Shown here: piece by piece, positions 39,301 through 51,900 of the stretch
How positions within the stretch are numbered: the stretch's first letter is position 1
Layout of the letters: every line of letters begins with the position of its first letter
DNA from: Octopus sinensis
Lineage: Eukaryota
Assembly: GCF_006345805.1 (NCBI RefSeq)
Contig: NC_043019.1
Coordinates: 24,737,360-24,801,359 of the forward strand
Length of the DNA: 64,000 bases
Reading direction: 5' to 3'
The notes under the pieces: generated by a model
What the model was told of the DNA's origin: nothing
Database searches by the model: none
What the model saw: the letters and a program-made list of their open reading frames with translations, nothing else
Program-made: the position numbers and the translations under genes

Positions 39301-42300
39301 ATGTCTGTTGTATTCCATGGCATCTGAGAGAATGTGATAATTGATGTGTGTTGAAAAGTGGGTGCATGAATACGTTTTCATATTTATGTGAACTGTGTAA
39401 AACTATACATTGATGTATAGCTTTAGCCCTTTAGTATTTAAACCATCCATATCCGGCCAAAATAGCTAATCTGTTTTATGTTCAAACTGACCAGATCCAG
39501 CCTCTCACACCTACCCTGCAATGTTATTCTACATTAAGTAATTACACCATCAACATCTTGAAGATATGAGATAATGCATGATTAATTCGAATCAATGGGA
39601 ATCAATAGGCATTATGTTTGATTGAATAATCTGAACACTAAAGGGTCAAACCAAACAAAATTAAATCTCCCCCACCCCACCACCATCAAATGCCATCCTG
39701 TTTACATACATGGCTGTTTATCTCCGTAGTTTTTCACATGAACTTGTTGTCTATTTTCAGGTCCCATTGGACTTTGTTGTTTTCTCACAGCAAAAGCAAT
39801 GGGAGCAGCTAAAGTGTGCATGACAGGTAAGTTGCAAAGGAAATAATGCTTGGCTCTCATTGTAAATTTCAAACCCAATTGAAATGCATTTCTGAAATAG
39901 TTCAAAGCTCAGCACCAAATTCTTCCTGGTTTTGTAATTCCTATTGACTCTGCTCATCATCATCATCATCGTTTAGCGTCCACTTTCCATGCTAGCACAG
40001 GTTGGACGGTTCAACTGGGATCTGGGAAGCCAGAAGGCTGCACCAGGCCCAGTCTGAGCTGGCAATGTTTCTACGGCTCAATGCTCTTCCTAACGCCAAC
40101 CACTCCGTTAGTGTAGTGGGTGCTTTTTACGTGCCACCGGCACAGATGCCAGATGAGGCTGGCAAACGGCCATGATCGGATGGTGCTTTTTATGTGCCAC
40201 CAGTGCAGGTGCCAGACGAGGCTGGCAAATGGCCACGATCGGATGGTGCTTTTTACATGCCACCGGCACGAGGCCAGTTGGGGCGGCGCTGGCAACGGCC
40301 ACGTTCGGATGGTTCTCTCACGTATCACAGCTGCAATTTTCATTGATGTTGATCGATTTCGATTTTCACTTGCCTCAACAGGTCTTCACAAGTAGAGTTT
40401 GGCACACCAAGTTGGCTATTGCAACTATCACATTTCTTTGTGTGTCACTGAAGTAAACTGTTATGGTTTTGTCTTATACGTTCATTATTATACATTTACA
40501 TAAACATGTGAAAGTCTGGTCAGTGGGACCAACAACCATTTTTCTGTCAGCATAAATCAACAAATGCACATTTGCCTGTGTTAATGCAATGCAACCATAG
40601 CCACGTCAAACTGGTGGACCTGTTGTATTCTCATGTTTTGCAAACAACTTATATATGCAAGTGCTACCAGTCCAAAGCTCTGCATACTGGAAGCCAGCAA
40701 GTGTATGGGGTCATCAGGAAAGATGAATACCTCTCGACAGCATCATTGTACACTGCCCTCACTGATATGAGGCCCCACTTGCTAGATCAACTGGTTATCA
40801 AATAAGGCTCAATATTAATAATAATAATAATGAAATTATTGTATACAATGCTCAGGTGCACCACAACTTGTCAGAAAGTATGTATAAAGTATATGCAGTA
40901 ATGTACAAATGTCTAGAAAGCGAATAATGTATGAGTCAGATACATGCTTGTGTGTGTATGGAGGGGAGAAAATCAGGTGTAGTGTTGGCGAATCTCAGGA
41001 AGCATGGAAGTTTTGAAGGATGCAGTGCTCCGACAACTAACAACTGATGCCAGCAGTTTGTTCCATGCTTCAGCAACTCTCAGCGTCAAAAAATGTTTCC
41101 TAAAGTCATGGGAGCTGTGCTGTTTTCTGACTTTGTAAATATGTCCACGGATGTTAGACAGGTGGAGTTTGAAAAGGTGCTCAGAGTTATTGTTTGTATT
41201 CTTCTAGCCATCGCTCATTGTCTCTTTTTAACAAAATCCAGTGGCTAACCCTTTCCACTGTAGTTTGGATATTGGTCATGGTGGTATTTAACTGATAAGA
41301 AACACGATGAAAGAGCTACATACATCAAAAACATTAATGTATGTCAACACACACACACATAATTTCAAACTGTATCTTTGTTTCTTCACAGATGTTGACA
41401 GCCAGCGCCTGGAATTTGCCAAAAAGGTAGGGGCTGACCATGTTCTCTCTGTGAGAGCAGGTACTTCCAAAGAACTTGCTTCTCAGATTGAGAACCTCTT
41501 GGGGAAAAGTCCTGATATTTCACTTGAATGCAGTGGGAACCCTGCTGGTTTAAAAACATCTATTTTGGTAGGTTACTATAATTCCCTCTCTCTCTCTCTC
41601 TCATTTATATATATATATATGTGTGTGTGTGTGTAATATATATATATGTATATATATTCACTTTATCTCCTTTTCTTTTCTTCAATAATATTTGCTTTAT
41701 TCTTTTAATCATTTTTTTTCTGACATAATGAATCTAGAACTATATTATCTAATATGTACTTTACTTTATTTGAAGTTAAGGTGTTACTTGAGGGTGATTT
41801 GTCTGCTATTTCTAGTAAGTCAAGTCTCAAGTGATTCAAGAGAGAGCACCTTTGCCTTCCAATTTCAAACCAGCCACTGACAAACTCTCTAAAGATTCAT
41901 CAAAATGCTTGAAGTGTCATTACTAAAACAATAAATTAATACAAATTATAAATAAATAATCTTTTTTTTCTCAGCAGAGATGTCAACGCTACAAGTTGTG
42001 ATGTTTTTGCCAATTTGTCCCTAATGCTAATGAGGTTCTTTGTTCTTAATGTAAATTCTCTCTTGATGCAAAATAGTAAAAATGTTCATAATGTTTATCA
42101 GATGATCTTGACTGATTGATCAGAATTCTTTCAATCCATGGTTTGCTTTTTAAATATTGATCTGTGGACGTCTGTCTTTTATTGTTGTTTCTTGCCAGGC
42201 AACAGCCAGTGGCGGATGTGTTGTCATGGTTGGCATGCAACCTGATGAAGTTACAGTTCCTTTGTTGAATGCTGCAGTCCGTGAAGTAGACATAAGGGGC

Positions 42301-43992
42301 ATTTTCAGATATGCAAACTGGTAAGTATTGGCACTGCTGAAGAGGAAAGGCAATGAAAGAATGATGGTTTATAGAGAGGGAGGAAAGAGAGTATGATGTA
42401 TCTGAGGAATTTGAGAAGTGCTTTTAGCAAATAATCTTCTGTCAGAAGGTATTTAGTTAAAATATGTAGAACTATAACATGAGAGTTTCCCTGAGGACCA
42501 GATCTAGAATGACAGACAATATAGCTTGCAGTATTTATTTATTGTCCCTGTATGTTCTGAGTTGAGATCAAGTCCTCTTACTGTTGACTTCACCTTTCAT
42601 CTTCCCAGGATTGACAAAATAAATATCACTCGTATATTAAACTGGAGGCGCAATGGCCCAGTGGTTAGGCAGCGGACTCGTGGTCGGAGGATCACGGTTT
42701 CGATTCCCAGACCAGGCCTTGTGAGTGTTTATTGAGCGAAAACACCTAAAGCTCCATGAGGCTCCGGCAGGGGATGGTGGCGATCCCTGCTGTACTCTTT
42801 CGCCACAACTTTCTCTCACTCTTTCTTCTGTTGGCCTGCTCGCTTAGCCAGCGGGGTGGCATCATTTGAAGGCTAAAACAATGCGAAGCGCATTGTGACC
42901 AACGATGTGTAGAAACATCTGATAGTCTGGTCGGTCACGGTGATATTAAACTAAATATCATTTCTTGTCTTCTTCTCCACCATTTGTGATCTTACGTCTA
43001 TATTAGAACTTCTAATTCAAAGTTATCAAGGGTATGATGTTACAGAATCAGTAAAACACCAAACCAAATACCTTGAGATGTTCATATATGTGAAAGTTTA
43101 CCTTCTGAGTTCAAATCCTGCTAGAGTAAACTTTTTACTTTATCTTCCTGGGTTTCTAATATATGACTGGAATCATCAAAATCAGCTCCTCCATAAATTA
43201 TGTCCTTTTAAATTATGGTTTCAAATCCCACCAAGGTTCACTTTACGTTCCATCCTTCTGGATTCTACCTGTCTAATACCAGTGTCAATAATAATCACCT
43301 GTATAATTAAATTCGTGACTTTCTCCTTTTATTAAACGTTGTTGTTATTGCAGCCGTAACATTGATTGTCTAATAATAATAATGAAATTATTGTATACAG
43401 TGCTCAGGTGCACCACAATTAGTCAGAAAGTGTGTATAAAGTATATGCAGTAATGTACAAATGTCTGGAAAGCGAACAATGTACGAGTCAGATACATGCT
43501 TGTGTGTGTATGGAGGGGAGAAAATCAGGTGTAATGTTGGTGAATCTCAGAAAGCATGGAAGTTTTGAAGGATGCAGTGCTCCGACAGCTAACAACTGAT
43601 GCTGGCAGTTTGTTCCATGCTCTCACCGGGAAAAAATGTTTCCAAAAGTCATGGGAGCTGTGCTGTTTTCTGACTTTGTAAATATGTCCATGGGTGTTAG
43701 ACAGGTGGAGTTTGAAAAGGTGCTCAGAGTTATTGTTCGTAAGATGGTTGATAATTTTATGGGTGTCTGCCAAGTCAGCTGCCAGACGTCGGAGTTTCAA
43801 TGTGTCTCTTTAAACAGACTTTTTTTCTTTTTTTGCAGTTACCCAATTGCCTTGTCAATGATAGCTTCTGGCCAAGTGAATGTCAAACCTTTAATTACAC
43901 ATAGATACAAACTGGAAGAGAGTCAGAAAGCTTTTGAACATGCTCGCACTATGAAAGATGGTGCAGTGAAGATTATGATTAAATGCAGTTAG
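28428..43992 (+). CDS. SORD: Sorbitol dehydrogenase, 9 coding exons, 348 aa
   Basis: Exons: 28428-28478, 34033-34066, 36438-36602, 37699-37858, 38206-38324, 39761-39826, 41392-41567, 42199-42320, 43839-43992 (1047 nt, all GT-AG, frame consistent). Motifs [50 protein letters not shown]. Confidence 0.97.
34800..35550 (+). mobile_element. R4/Dong-like REL domain and 3' end in SORD intron 2, interrupted at 34950-35202
   Basis: [30 protein letters not shown], resuming as ..[18 protein letters not shown], then a (TAA)n tail. Confidence 0.75.
39427..39645. mobile_element. Older piggyBac-type MITE
   Basis: Termini CCCTTTAG / CTAAAGGG with decayed TTAA-like flanks. Confidence 0.55.
40820..41190 (-). 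mobile_element. CR1 LINE 3' fragment family. Other copies at 43375-43800 (-), 55365-55560 (-), 58290-58540 (+) and 60880-61090 (+)
   Basis: Encodes ..[20 protein letters not shown]..[22 protein letters not shown]..; (ATT)n tail. Confidence 0.8.
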
Positions 43993-45679
43993 GGACAGTT
44001 CTTTTACTGATTTATTTTTGTTTGGGGTTGTGTTTTTTTTAACCCCTTTAATTTTATAAAACCAAGTATTATTTCTCCATCTTTCTAACCAACTAACTTG
44101 AAACAATTTCCACTGAATAGATTTTAAACCAATTACCTTTTATTTCCTTGTATTAGATGAAATGGTAATGGCATGGTTGTCTGTCTTCATTCTCATATCA
44201 AGGGATTTTAGAAAAAGAAAGATATAAGAAAATTCCCACTTTATTTGAGGAGAGATTTATGATAATTTTTATCATATACATAATATGATTATATAAATAT
44301 ATACATACATATATACATACAACATATATATGTGTGTGCGTATATATATATATATATATAATTATTAATTTGGGTGAAATTTGTTATGTACCTATTTATT
44401 TAGAAAATTTTTTGTTGAGTTTTTTTTTCTTTGTTCATAAAAAGTATGTTTTACTAACATTTTCTTACACAATGACGATGTGGTAGAAAGCTGAAGGAGT
44501 TCAATTCTCCGACACTGCCATATCTCTGAGTCAATTACAAATCACAGATGAAAATCAACTTTTGTTGGGGTTTTTTTCCTCCCTTTTATTACACAATCTT
44601 ATTCTCCCCTTTCTTTATAAATTGTGTGGCATAGGGATTAAATAAGATATCGATTTATTAATTATATTAAAAAAATGTTTTAATTAGCCATTTAAATCGA
44701 AATTTGAAATGAAAATTTATTTTTTAAATCTTTTTAAAAGAAAAATGACAAATGAAAAACAATGTTTTAAACATTTCCATAAATATTTTTGTTACAGTTC
44801 CTTGTTTATGTTTGTGTCTCAAAGGAGGTGAAAAAGTCAAATCACACCTGAGACTGTCATCTACTTTGAAAGACAGACTTACAATAAGACAAGAATATTT
44901 GAGATGGGTTGATGGGCAGGGAAGGTTACATGGGGCGGGGGGAGGATTGTTGCCATTTGTCTCATTTGAAGTGCTGGGTTAATCATGTTCTTGTTTTTGG
45001 AAAACTGTTATTCAAAGAAGGATACGCAACTAATTAATTAAGTGATGATCAGAACTAAAACAAAAAAATTGAAATTATTAAAAAAGCAACAACGGAAATG
45101 TATTTTTCAAGCTAAATATTTTTATCATGAAGAACTGACATCTTATTGAAAGTACAGATTTAGGAATTAGGTTTTAGGCAAGCTGTAATTCTAGTGTGGA
45201 CTGTCTGGCAAGTTGGGTTTCTATTCCCAATTGAATAAATTTCAGTTTGTTTGTGCAACTAATGTTCTTTGAAAAACACCCAAATCTCATTCCAGTCTCA
45301 TCCTATGTAAAATTTGTAAGCTTTGTACTCACCCAAAGCCCAATTTTTTTACTTACCTTAAAAATGCAATTTATCCAAAAAAATTTTATTTGGTTTTTTT
45401 TTTTAGCTTTTTAGAATTTTAATTTTTTTAATATTTTTGTTTCCCCCTTCCCTCATAACATTAGGGTTTTAGAACTTAGTCATTGTAAAAGCATAATAGC
45501 CACCACTTCCTCTTGGTTTAGGTTTCATTTTGAGTGTTTCTTTCTGTTTTGTTTATAATGTGTTTAGAATATTAAAAAACCAAAAACTTTCAGTCAGTTC
45601 TTCCAAAAAGAAAAATGTCCAAGAAATATTGGTTGTTTTCGAATTAAAATTCCTTCTTTATTTTGAGACTTGAAATGTG

Positions 45680-45685
45680 AATAAA
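45680..45685 (+). terminator. Candidate SORD polyadenylation signal (alternative at 45234)
   Basis: AATAAA followed by a T-rich tract. Confidence 0.4.
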
Positions 45686-48379
45686 CATGGCAACACTTGA
45701 TCAAATGTTTTTATTTTATTTAACAGTTTTTATGTTTTTTTTTTATTTCTATTATTGTTGTTTGTGTTATTGTTACCGTTCGATCAGTAAGCAGAGGGAA
45801 TTGGTTGCATGTCAGAGGATATCCCTTGCAGTGTTTTGATTCTGCTGAAGGTGGCAAGCTGACCAAATCCTTACCACTCTGGGCAGAATCCTTAGTGGTG
45901 TGTCGTCTATCCTTATGTTCTGAGTTCAAATTTAGCCTAGGCCGACTTTGCCTTTCATCCTTTTGGGGTCAATAAAATAAGTACCAGTTGAGCACTGGGG
46001 TTAATGTAAATGACTAGCTCTCTCCCTCAAACTTGCTGGCCTTGTGCCACAATTTGAAATCAATATTCTGACCCTTTATATTCTGAGTTCAAATCCCACT
46101 GGGGTTAATATTGCCTTTTGTTCTTCTGGGCGTCAATAAAATAAAGAACTAATTATATCAACTTACTCCTCCTCTCAAAATCATTGGTTCTTGCCTAAAT
46201 CAAGAACATCATCATTTGACGTCTGTTTTCCATGCTGGCATGGGTTGGACGATTTGACAGGAGCTGACCAGCTGCAGAGCTGTTTGGATTCCCTGTCTGT
46301 TTTGGTACGGTTTCAATGGCTAGATTCCATTCCTAACTCCAATATTATTATTGTTAGTATGGCAGTGGGATGACTGACCCATTAGTCTATTGGATTCAAT
46401 GCATAGCTACATTTCTTTTGGTTCTCTATGTTCTGAGTTCAAATTCTGCCATGGCTAACTTTGTCTTTCATCCTTTTGAGATTAATAAAATAAGGTACCT
46501 GTCAAGTACTGGGGTCAATGTAATCAATTAACCCTCCTTCACCTAAAATTACTGACCTTGTGCCAAAATTTGAAACCATCGTTATTTGCCCTTATGGGAT
46601 AAACTCTCCCGGTATGTCTGTCTTGGAGCTGCCAGCAATTGAACCTGTTTGAGTTGTATCACAGAGTGATGAAACTGTCTGGCGTGAAATTGTTTAGTGT
46701 TCTTGCATTGCTGGCTTGGAGAAATATTATCATGTACAAAAATGGCTCAGCTCTAAGCTGTGTCTTCTGTGAAGATTATCCCAAGATTTTCTTTTGACAA
46801 GGAAGAGATGCTTTTCTGGGGTTTTTTTTTTTTTTTGTCTTGTAATCATGGCAAAGGAATTTTGTGGTAGATGCAGTTTGGTTAACAGAGATTTTCCAGT
46901 CAGGCCAAGCTGTTATCAACTTCTCTAAATAACTGACCACTTGAAGAGGATGGTGGATGTAGAGAAGTCCATTAAATATTATGAAATGTGGGTTAGTGTG
47001 GCCAAATGGGGTTTCTATTGCTATGGAACTGTGGGCCTGCTGCATGAACTGGAAAAGTGTCAGCAATATCTCATATTGTATGTAAGATGTCTCAAATAAC
47101 CTTTTGATGCTGCCCCTCCCTACTCTGGGGGATAATTTTCATGTTCTTATTTTGTTGCTGTTTATTGTTATTTGTTTATTAATTTGTGTTATTTTATTGA
47201 TCTCACCTTTTTATCTTACGTAAACCTGCATCATCACCCATTGCCTTTTGATGTTTTGTTTATTTTCCTTTTTTCTTTTTACCTTTGCTTTCTCCCCCAA
47301 CATCTTCAGTTCTTGGGAGCAATAAAACAAGGTGGACTGGTAGAATCAGTGAAGGATCAAATAAAAATGCCTGCAGTATTTGTTCCAGCTTGCTATATTA
47401 TGGGTTCAAATTTCAGCAAGGGCGATTTTGCCTTTCATTCTTTCATCATCATCATCATCATTTAACATCCGTTTTCCGCGCTAGCACGGGTTGGACGGTT
47501 CGACCAGGGTCTCGGAAGCCAGGAGCTGCACCAGGCTCCAGTCTGATCTGGCAGTGTTTCTACAGCTGGATGCCCTTCCTAACGCCAACCACTCCGCGAG
47601 TGTAGTGGGTGCTTTTTACGTGCCACCGGCACAGAAGCCAGTCGAGGCGGTGCTGGCATCGGCCACATTCGGATGGTGCTTTTTATGTGCCACCGGCACA
47701 GGTATCACAACTACTATTTCCATTGATATTTATTTCGATGTTCATGTACTTGACTCAGTAGGTCTCCTCAAGCACAGTGGGATGTTCAGAGTCAATAAAA
47801 TAAGGACCAGTTGAGCATGGTGAGGTTGATGTAATCAACTCCTCCCCACAACCATAAAAAAAAAAAAATTTAGGCTTTATAGTTGAAAGGATTATTGTTG
47901 TCATTCATGGCTGTGATAAACAAAATCAGTAGAGCACCAAACAAACTGATGTCCAGCATTTCATGTCTGTTTTACATTCAAATCCCATCAGCACTGACTT
48001 GTCTTTCATTCTTCCAGGATTAATTAAATACCAGTTAATTAGGTGGGTCCTCTCAATTGGTTATATTTCACCCACTTCCACAAAATCTGAATTTGTAACC
48101 CTGTTAGACATTATTATTAATATTAGTAGTAGTAGTAGTGGGTGTAGTATCATTATTACCAAATTGTTTGAGAATTGAAAAAAATGCCTTGTGATATTTA
48201 TTGTAGTTCCTTATGTTCTGAGTTCAAATCCTGCTGAAGTCACCTTTGTGTTTCATGCTTTTGAGATCAATAATATAAAGTAACATCACGTACTGGGGTT
48301 GGTGGCACTGACTAACACCCTCCCCTCACAATTATTATACATATATACATACATATATATATATATATATATTATACAT

Positions 48380-48790
48380 TTACTGCTTCTCACCTTGCTT
48401 CCAGTTTCCCTGGCCTCTTTTCTGCAGTTTCTGCTTAGGTTGGATGTGTTCTCTCCAACACAAAACCCTGCCATTTGTTCCATTCTTTCGTCATCTCTTC
48501 TGTGATGTTCAGTATTCTGAGAGATTCAGCTTTCACCACTTCTGCCCATGTTTTGCTTGGTTTTCCTCTTCCACATGGGTCACCTGACACTTCTCTACCC
48601 AACTTTCATCACCCATACCCCTTACATACCCATAACAATGCACTCTTCCCTCTTTGTTCATCTGATTCCCCTTACACCCAGTTTTTCTTCTCAACTCATC
48701 TGTATTATCATTCATGCATTCTAACATTACACATCCAATGGAGTAAGCATCTTTCATTTCTTTCCAGTTTTTACACGTCCTCTACATTCA
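48380..48790 (-). mobile_element. Degenerate RTE LINE C-terminal fragment
   Basis: ..YGYVRGMGDESWVEKC.. resembles the RTE ORF2 end; frameshifted. Confidence 0.55.
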
Positions 48791-48853
48791 GTGCCCTCAT
48801 CTTAAATACACTTAAATATATAAGAAACATCAGCAACAATGGTTCATTAAATA

Positions 48854-48859
48854 TTTATT
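48854..48859 (-). terminator. Candidate WDR41 polyadenylation signal
   Basis: AATAAA on the minus strand, about 55 nt after the stop. Confidence 0.5.
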
Positions 48860-48914
48860 TTAAATACTGATTTTTCTTATAGCAATTCGTTTTCTCTTAA
48901 ATATTAACCCAATC

Positions 48915-51900
48915 TCATAATGTACAGTTAGCATCTAGTTTCAGTTCCAGAACTCGTATACATCGCTTCATCTCTTCGTGTTCATGATTCTGAGGAAAAG
49001 AGAAGAAAACAGAGTAAAACCCAAAGTTATTAAATATGTTTCGATATGAATGAGTGGAGCTTGCATAAGTGAGACTGACACATCTTTATAGAAATGATAA
49101 CTTCTACTTGTTGGAGTCCATCTGTGCCTGGGAGGAGATAGACTCATACCTGTAAAAGTAGTAAATTACTCATCAATTTTAGTGATCATGATGCTTTGAA
49201 AGATAGAACTGTGCTACACACAGAAGAAGAGGCTAATTGAAAGCTAAATGCTTTGATCTGGCACTTGTGCCTGTGCACGTAAAAAAAGCATCCTTCGAAT
49301 GTTGGGCTACATGTTGTGCTTGAGAAGAGCTGTCAAGTAAAGTGAGATCACAGTCATGGCCGATGCCGGTGTTTCGTAACTGGTAGCCTTGCTGGTGGCA
49401 CGTAAAAGGCACCCACTACATTTTTGGAGTGGTTGGCAATAGGAAAGGCATGCCAAGTCAGATTGGAACCTAGTGCAGCTTACCAATTTTCAGTCAAACC
49501 ATCCAACCCATGCCAGCATGGAAAATGGACATTAGATAATGATGATGACTGCTAGTGTTCATGACACACTGCAAGAAATGGATCCATCTGTTGTCTATTA
49601 ATTTTATTATTCACAGCTGTTTGATATATTAACTATTGAACAAACAACCAGTTAAGTCTCAAGTAATGCTTCCAGACCAGTAATGTTTGTCAGGATTGAA
49701 GTTGGTTAAAGATTACTAACCTTCCATGCTATCATCACTCCATCACCTCCACATGTGATTAACCCATCAGCACCAAAGTCAACAAACATCTGAAATATAA
49801 GACAACAATTTGTGGACATTTGATAAAGTTAAGGGGCACTCGTCTTGGTAGAGCACAAGGGCAAACTATTTCAGGTCTTCAAATGTATGTCTAATGGGAC
49901 CTTAAACAGAAATGAGCTCTCAAATGGAGGAGTGGGGGGGGGCAACAGGAGAGCTTTCAGTTGACATGCTAGAAATAGCAGGTAAATCTCTCAAAAGAAA
50001 GTATGTTCCCAACCGTAAAAGCTTTCTTTGATTTGATTAGAAATTCATATTGCAACAATTGATACTACAATTATAAAGAAATCTCTTACCTGGACTGCTC
50101 CAGAATGACCTAGACATTCCCCAAGAAGTTCAGGACTTTTCGTACTTTCACTGCTTCCAATTTGTAATATGCTGGAAAATTAAAATAAGGAAAAAAGGGT
50201 ATAAACATTTTAAATACTATTTGAATATTTTCTTTCCATTTTCTAGTGTTAGTTAAGTTGGGATCTTCTTATTTTTTCAGTGAAGGAATTGGAACAAATG
50301 GTCTGCTTTTTTCTTGGATAGAGTTTACTGCCAGATCAGCACTAAACTATTAGACTTATGATGAAAAATGCTTTAATTATAATCACCCTAGGACTATATC
50401 ACCTCATGTGTCTTTCTTGTTTTAAGATCTAGCCTTTAATTTGAGGGAGATTTGACTGATATTTCTAGCAGGCCAAATGACCACATATAGTCACTCTTGC
50501 TGCTGAACCCACATTATCCTTGTAAAGGTTTCCTCTTGGCCCACAGTAAGATTTTAACATATGACTTTGTAATCAGTTGTCCAATACCCTTAACCATTTA
50601 CCTTATTTAAAACAAATTCATTTTATACTAAAAATAACAGAAGGGGTAAAACTTGGGTAACTTACAATAATTCTTTTGTTAATTATGTGTAGACATACAT
50701 CATCATCGTTATTATTTAATGCCCCTGTTTCCATGCTGGCATCGGTAGGATAGTTTAAAATAAAGTGATGAGCCAGAGGGTGGCTGCACCAAGCTCCAAT
50801 GTCTACTTTGGCACAGTTTCTACAGGTGAATGCATTTCTTAATGGCAACCACTTCACATAGTTCTGATCACTAAGTACCCACAAAAGAAGATCCCTCAAC
50901 TGAGTTGGGTAGAATATTGAGAAATATGAAAGTAGGATGGAAAGACAGGAGCTGGTGTCTTGCTGAAGAGTTGAATGCATGGCTTCCTCTTATTTCAGAG
51001 TGTGTGGATATATGTGCGATTGAGTTTATGTCGATATATACAGATGTATGTGTGTGTGTGTTGACAGTATTATAATATAAAATCAAATAATTAACTACTG
51101 CAGCTAATCCACTCCAAATCAGAATGCTGTGATTATGTCTAATTGTTAAAGCATTCGGTGGACGAGAGGTAAATCTACCCTTATATAAAGTGATGGTGTA
51201 TACTTTCCCAACTGCAAGACTGATGATAATCAGCTTGATTGTTGAGATGTTGATGACAAGGATATTAAAAAGTGCTTTGCGTGATGGGACAGTTTGGATG
51301 ATGTGAAGTGGACCTGGATGGGAGTGGCAGATGACCAGATAGTTCAATGAAACAGATTTTTCTTCTAGCGATAGAATAGAGAGGAGACAGCATGTCGGTG
51401 GTATAGAGCTGGCAGAAGCGTTAGCACGCCGGGCGAAATGCGTAGCCGTATTTCGTCTGCCATTACATTCTGAGTTCAAATTCCGCCATGGTCGACTTTG
51501 CCTTTCATCCTTTCGGGGTCGATAAATTAAGTACCAGTTACGCACTGGGGTCGATGTAATCGACTTAATACCTATGTCTGTCCTTGTTTGTCCCCTCTAT
51601 GTTTAGCCCCTTGTGGGTAATGAATAGGTGATATAAAGTTGGAATTTGTATTACAAATCTACAATGTTTACATTGTCTACAGTTGTGGCACATTCTTCTG
51701 TCATGTTGTACACATTTACAGCTACACATACTGAAACATTAAGTACCCTAGCCATGAACACAGTCTAATGCCCTCAGGAACTTGACCAATAGCCTGTCCA
51801 GTGGAAAATTCACATTATTCAATGGCCTGGAAAGATTTTGTTCCACTGAAACTAATAAAAATTAATGTTGTTAGCAACCATTCTTGAGTGTAAAACAAGT

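Noticed and set aside
50871-51545. 224-aa minus-strand ORF
   Set aside because: It starts in a SINE copy within a WDR41 intron and has no recognisable domain.
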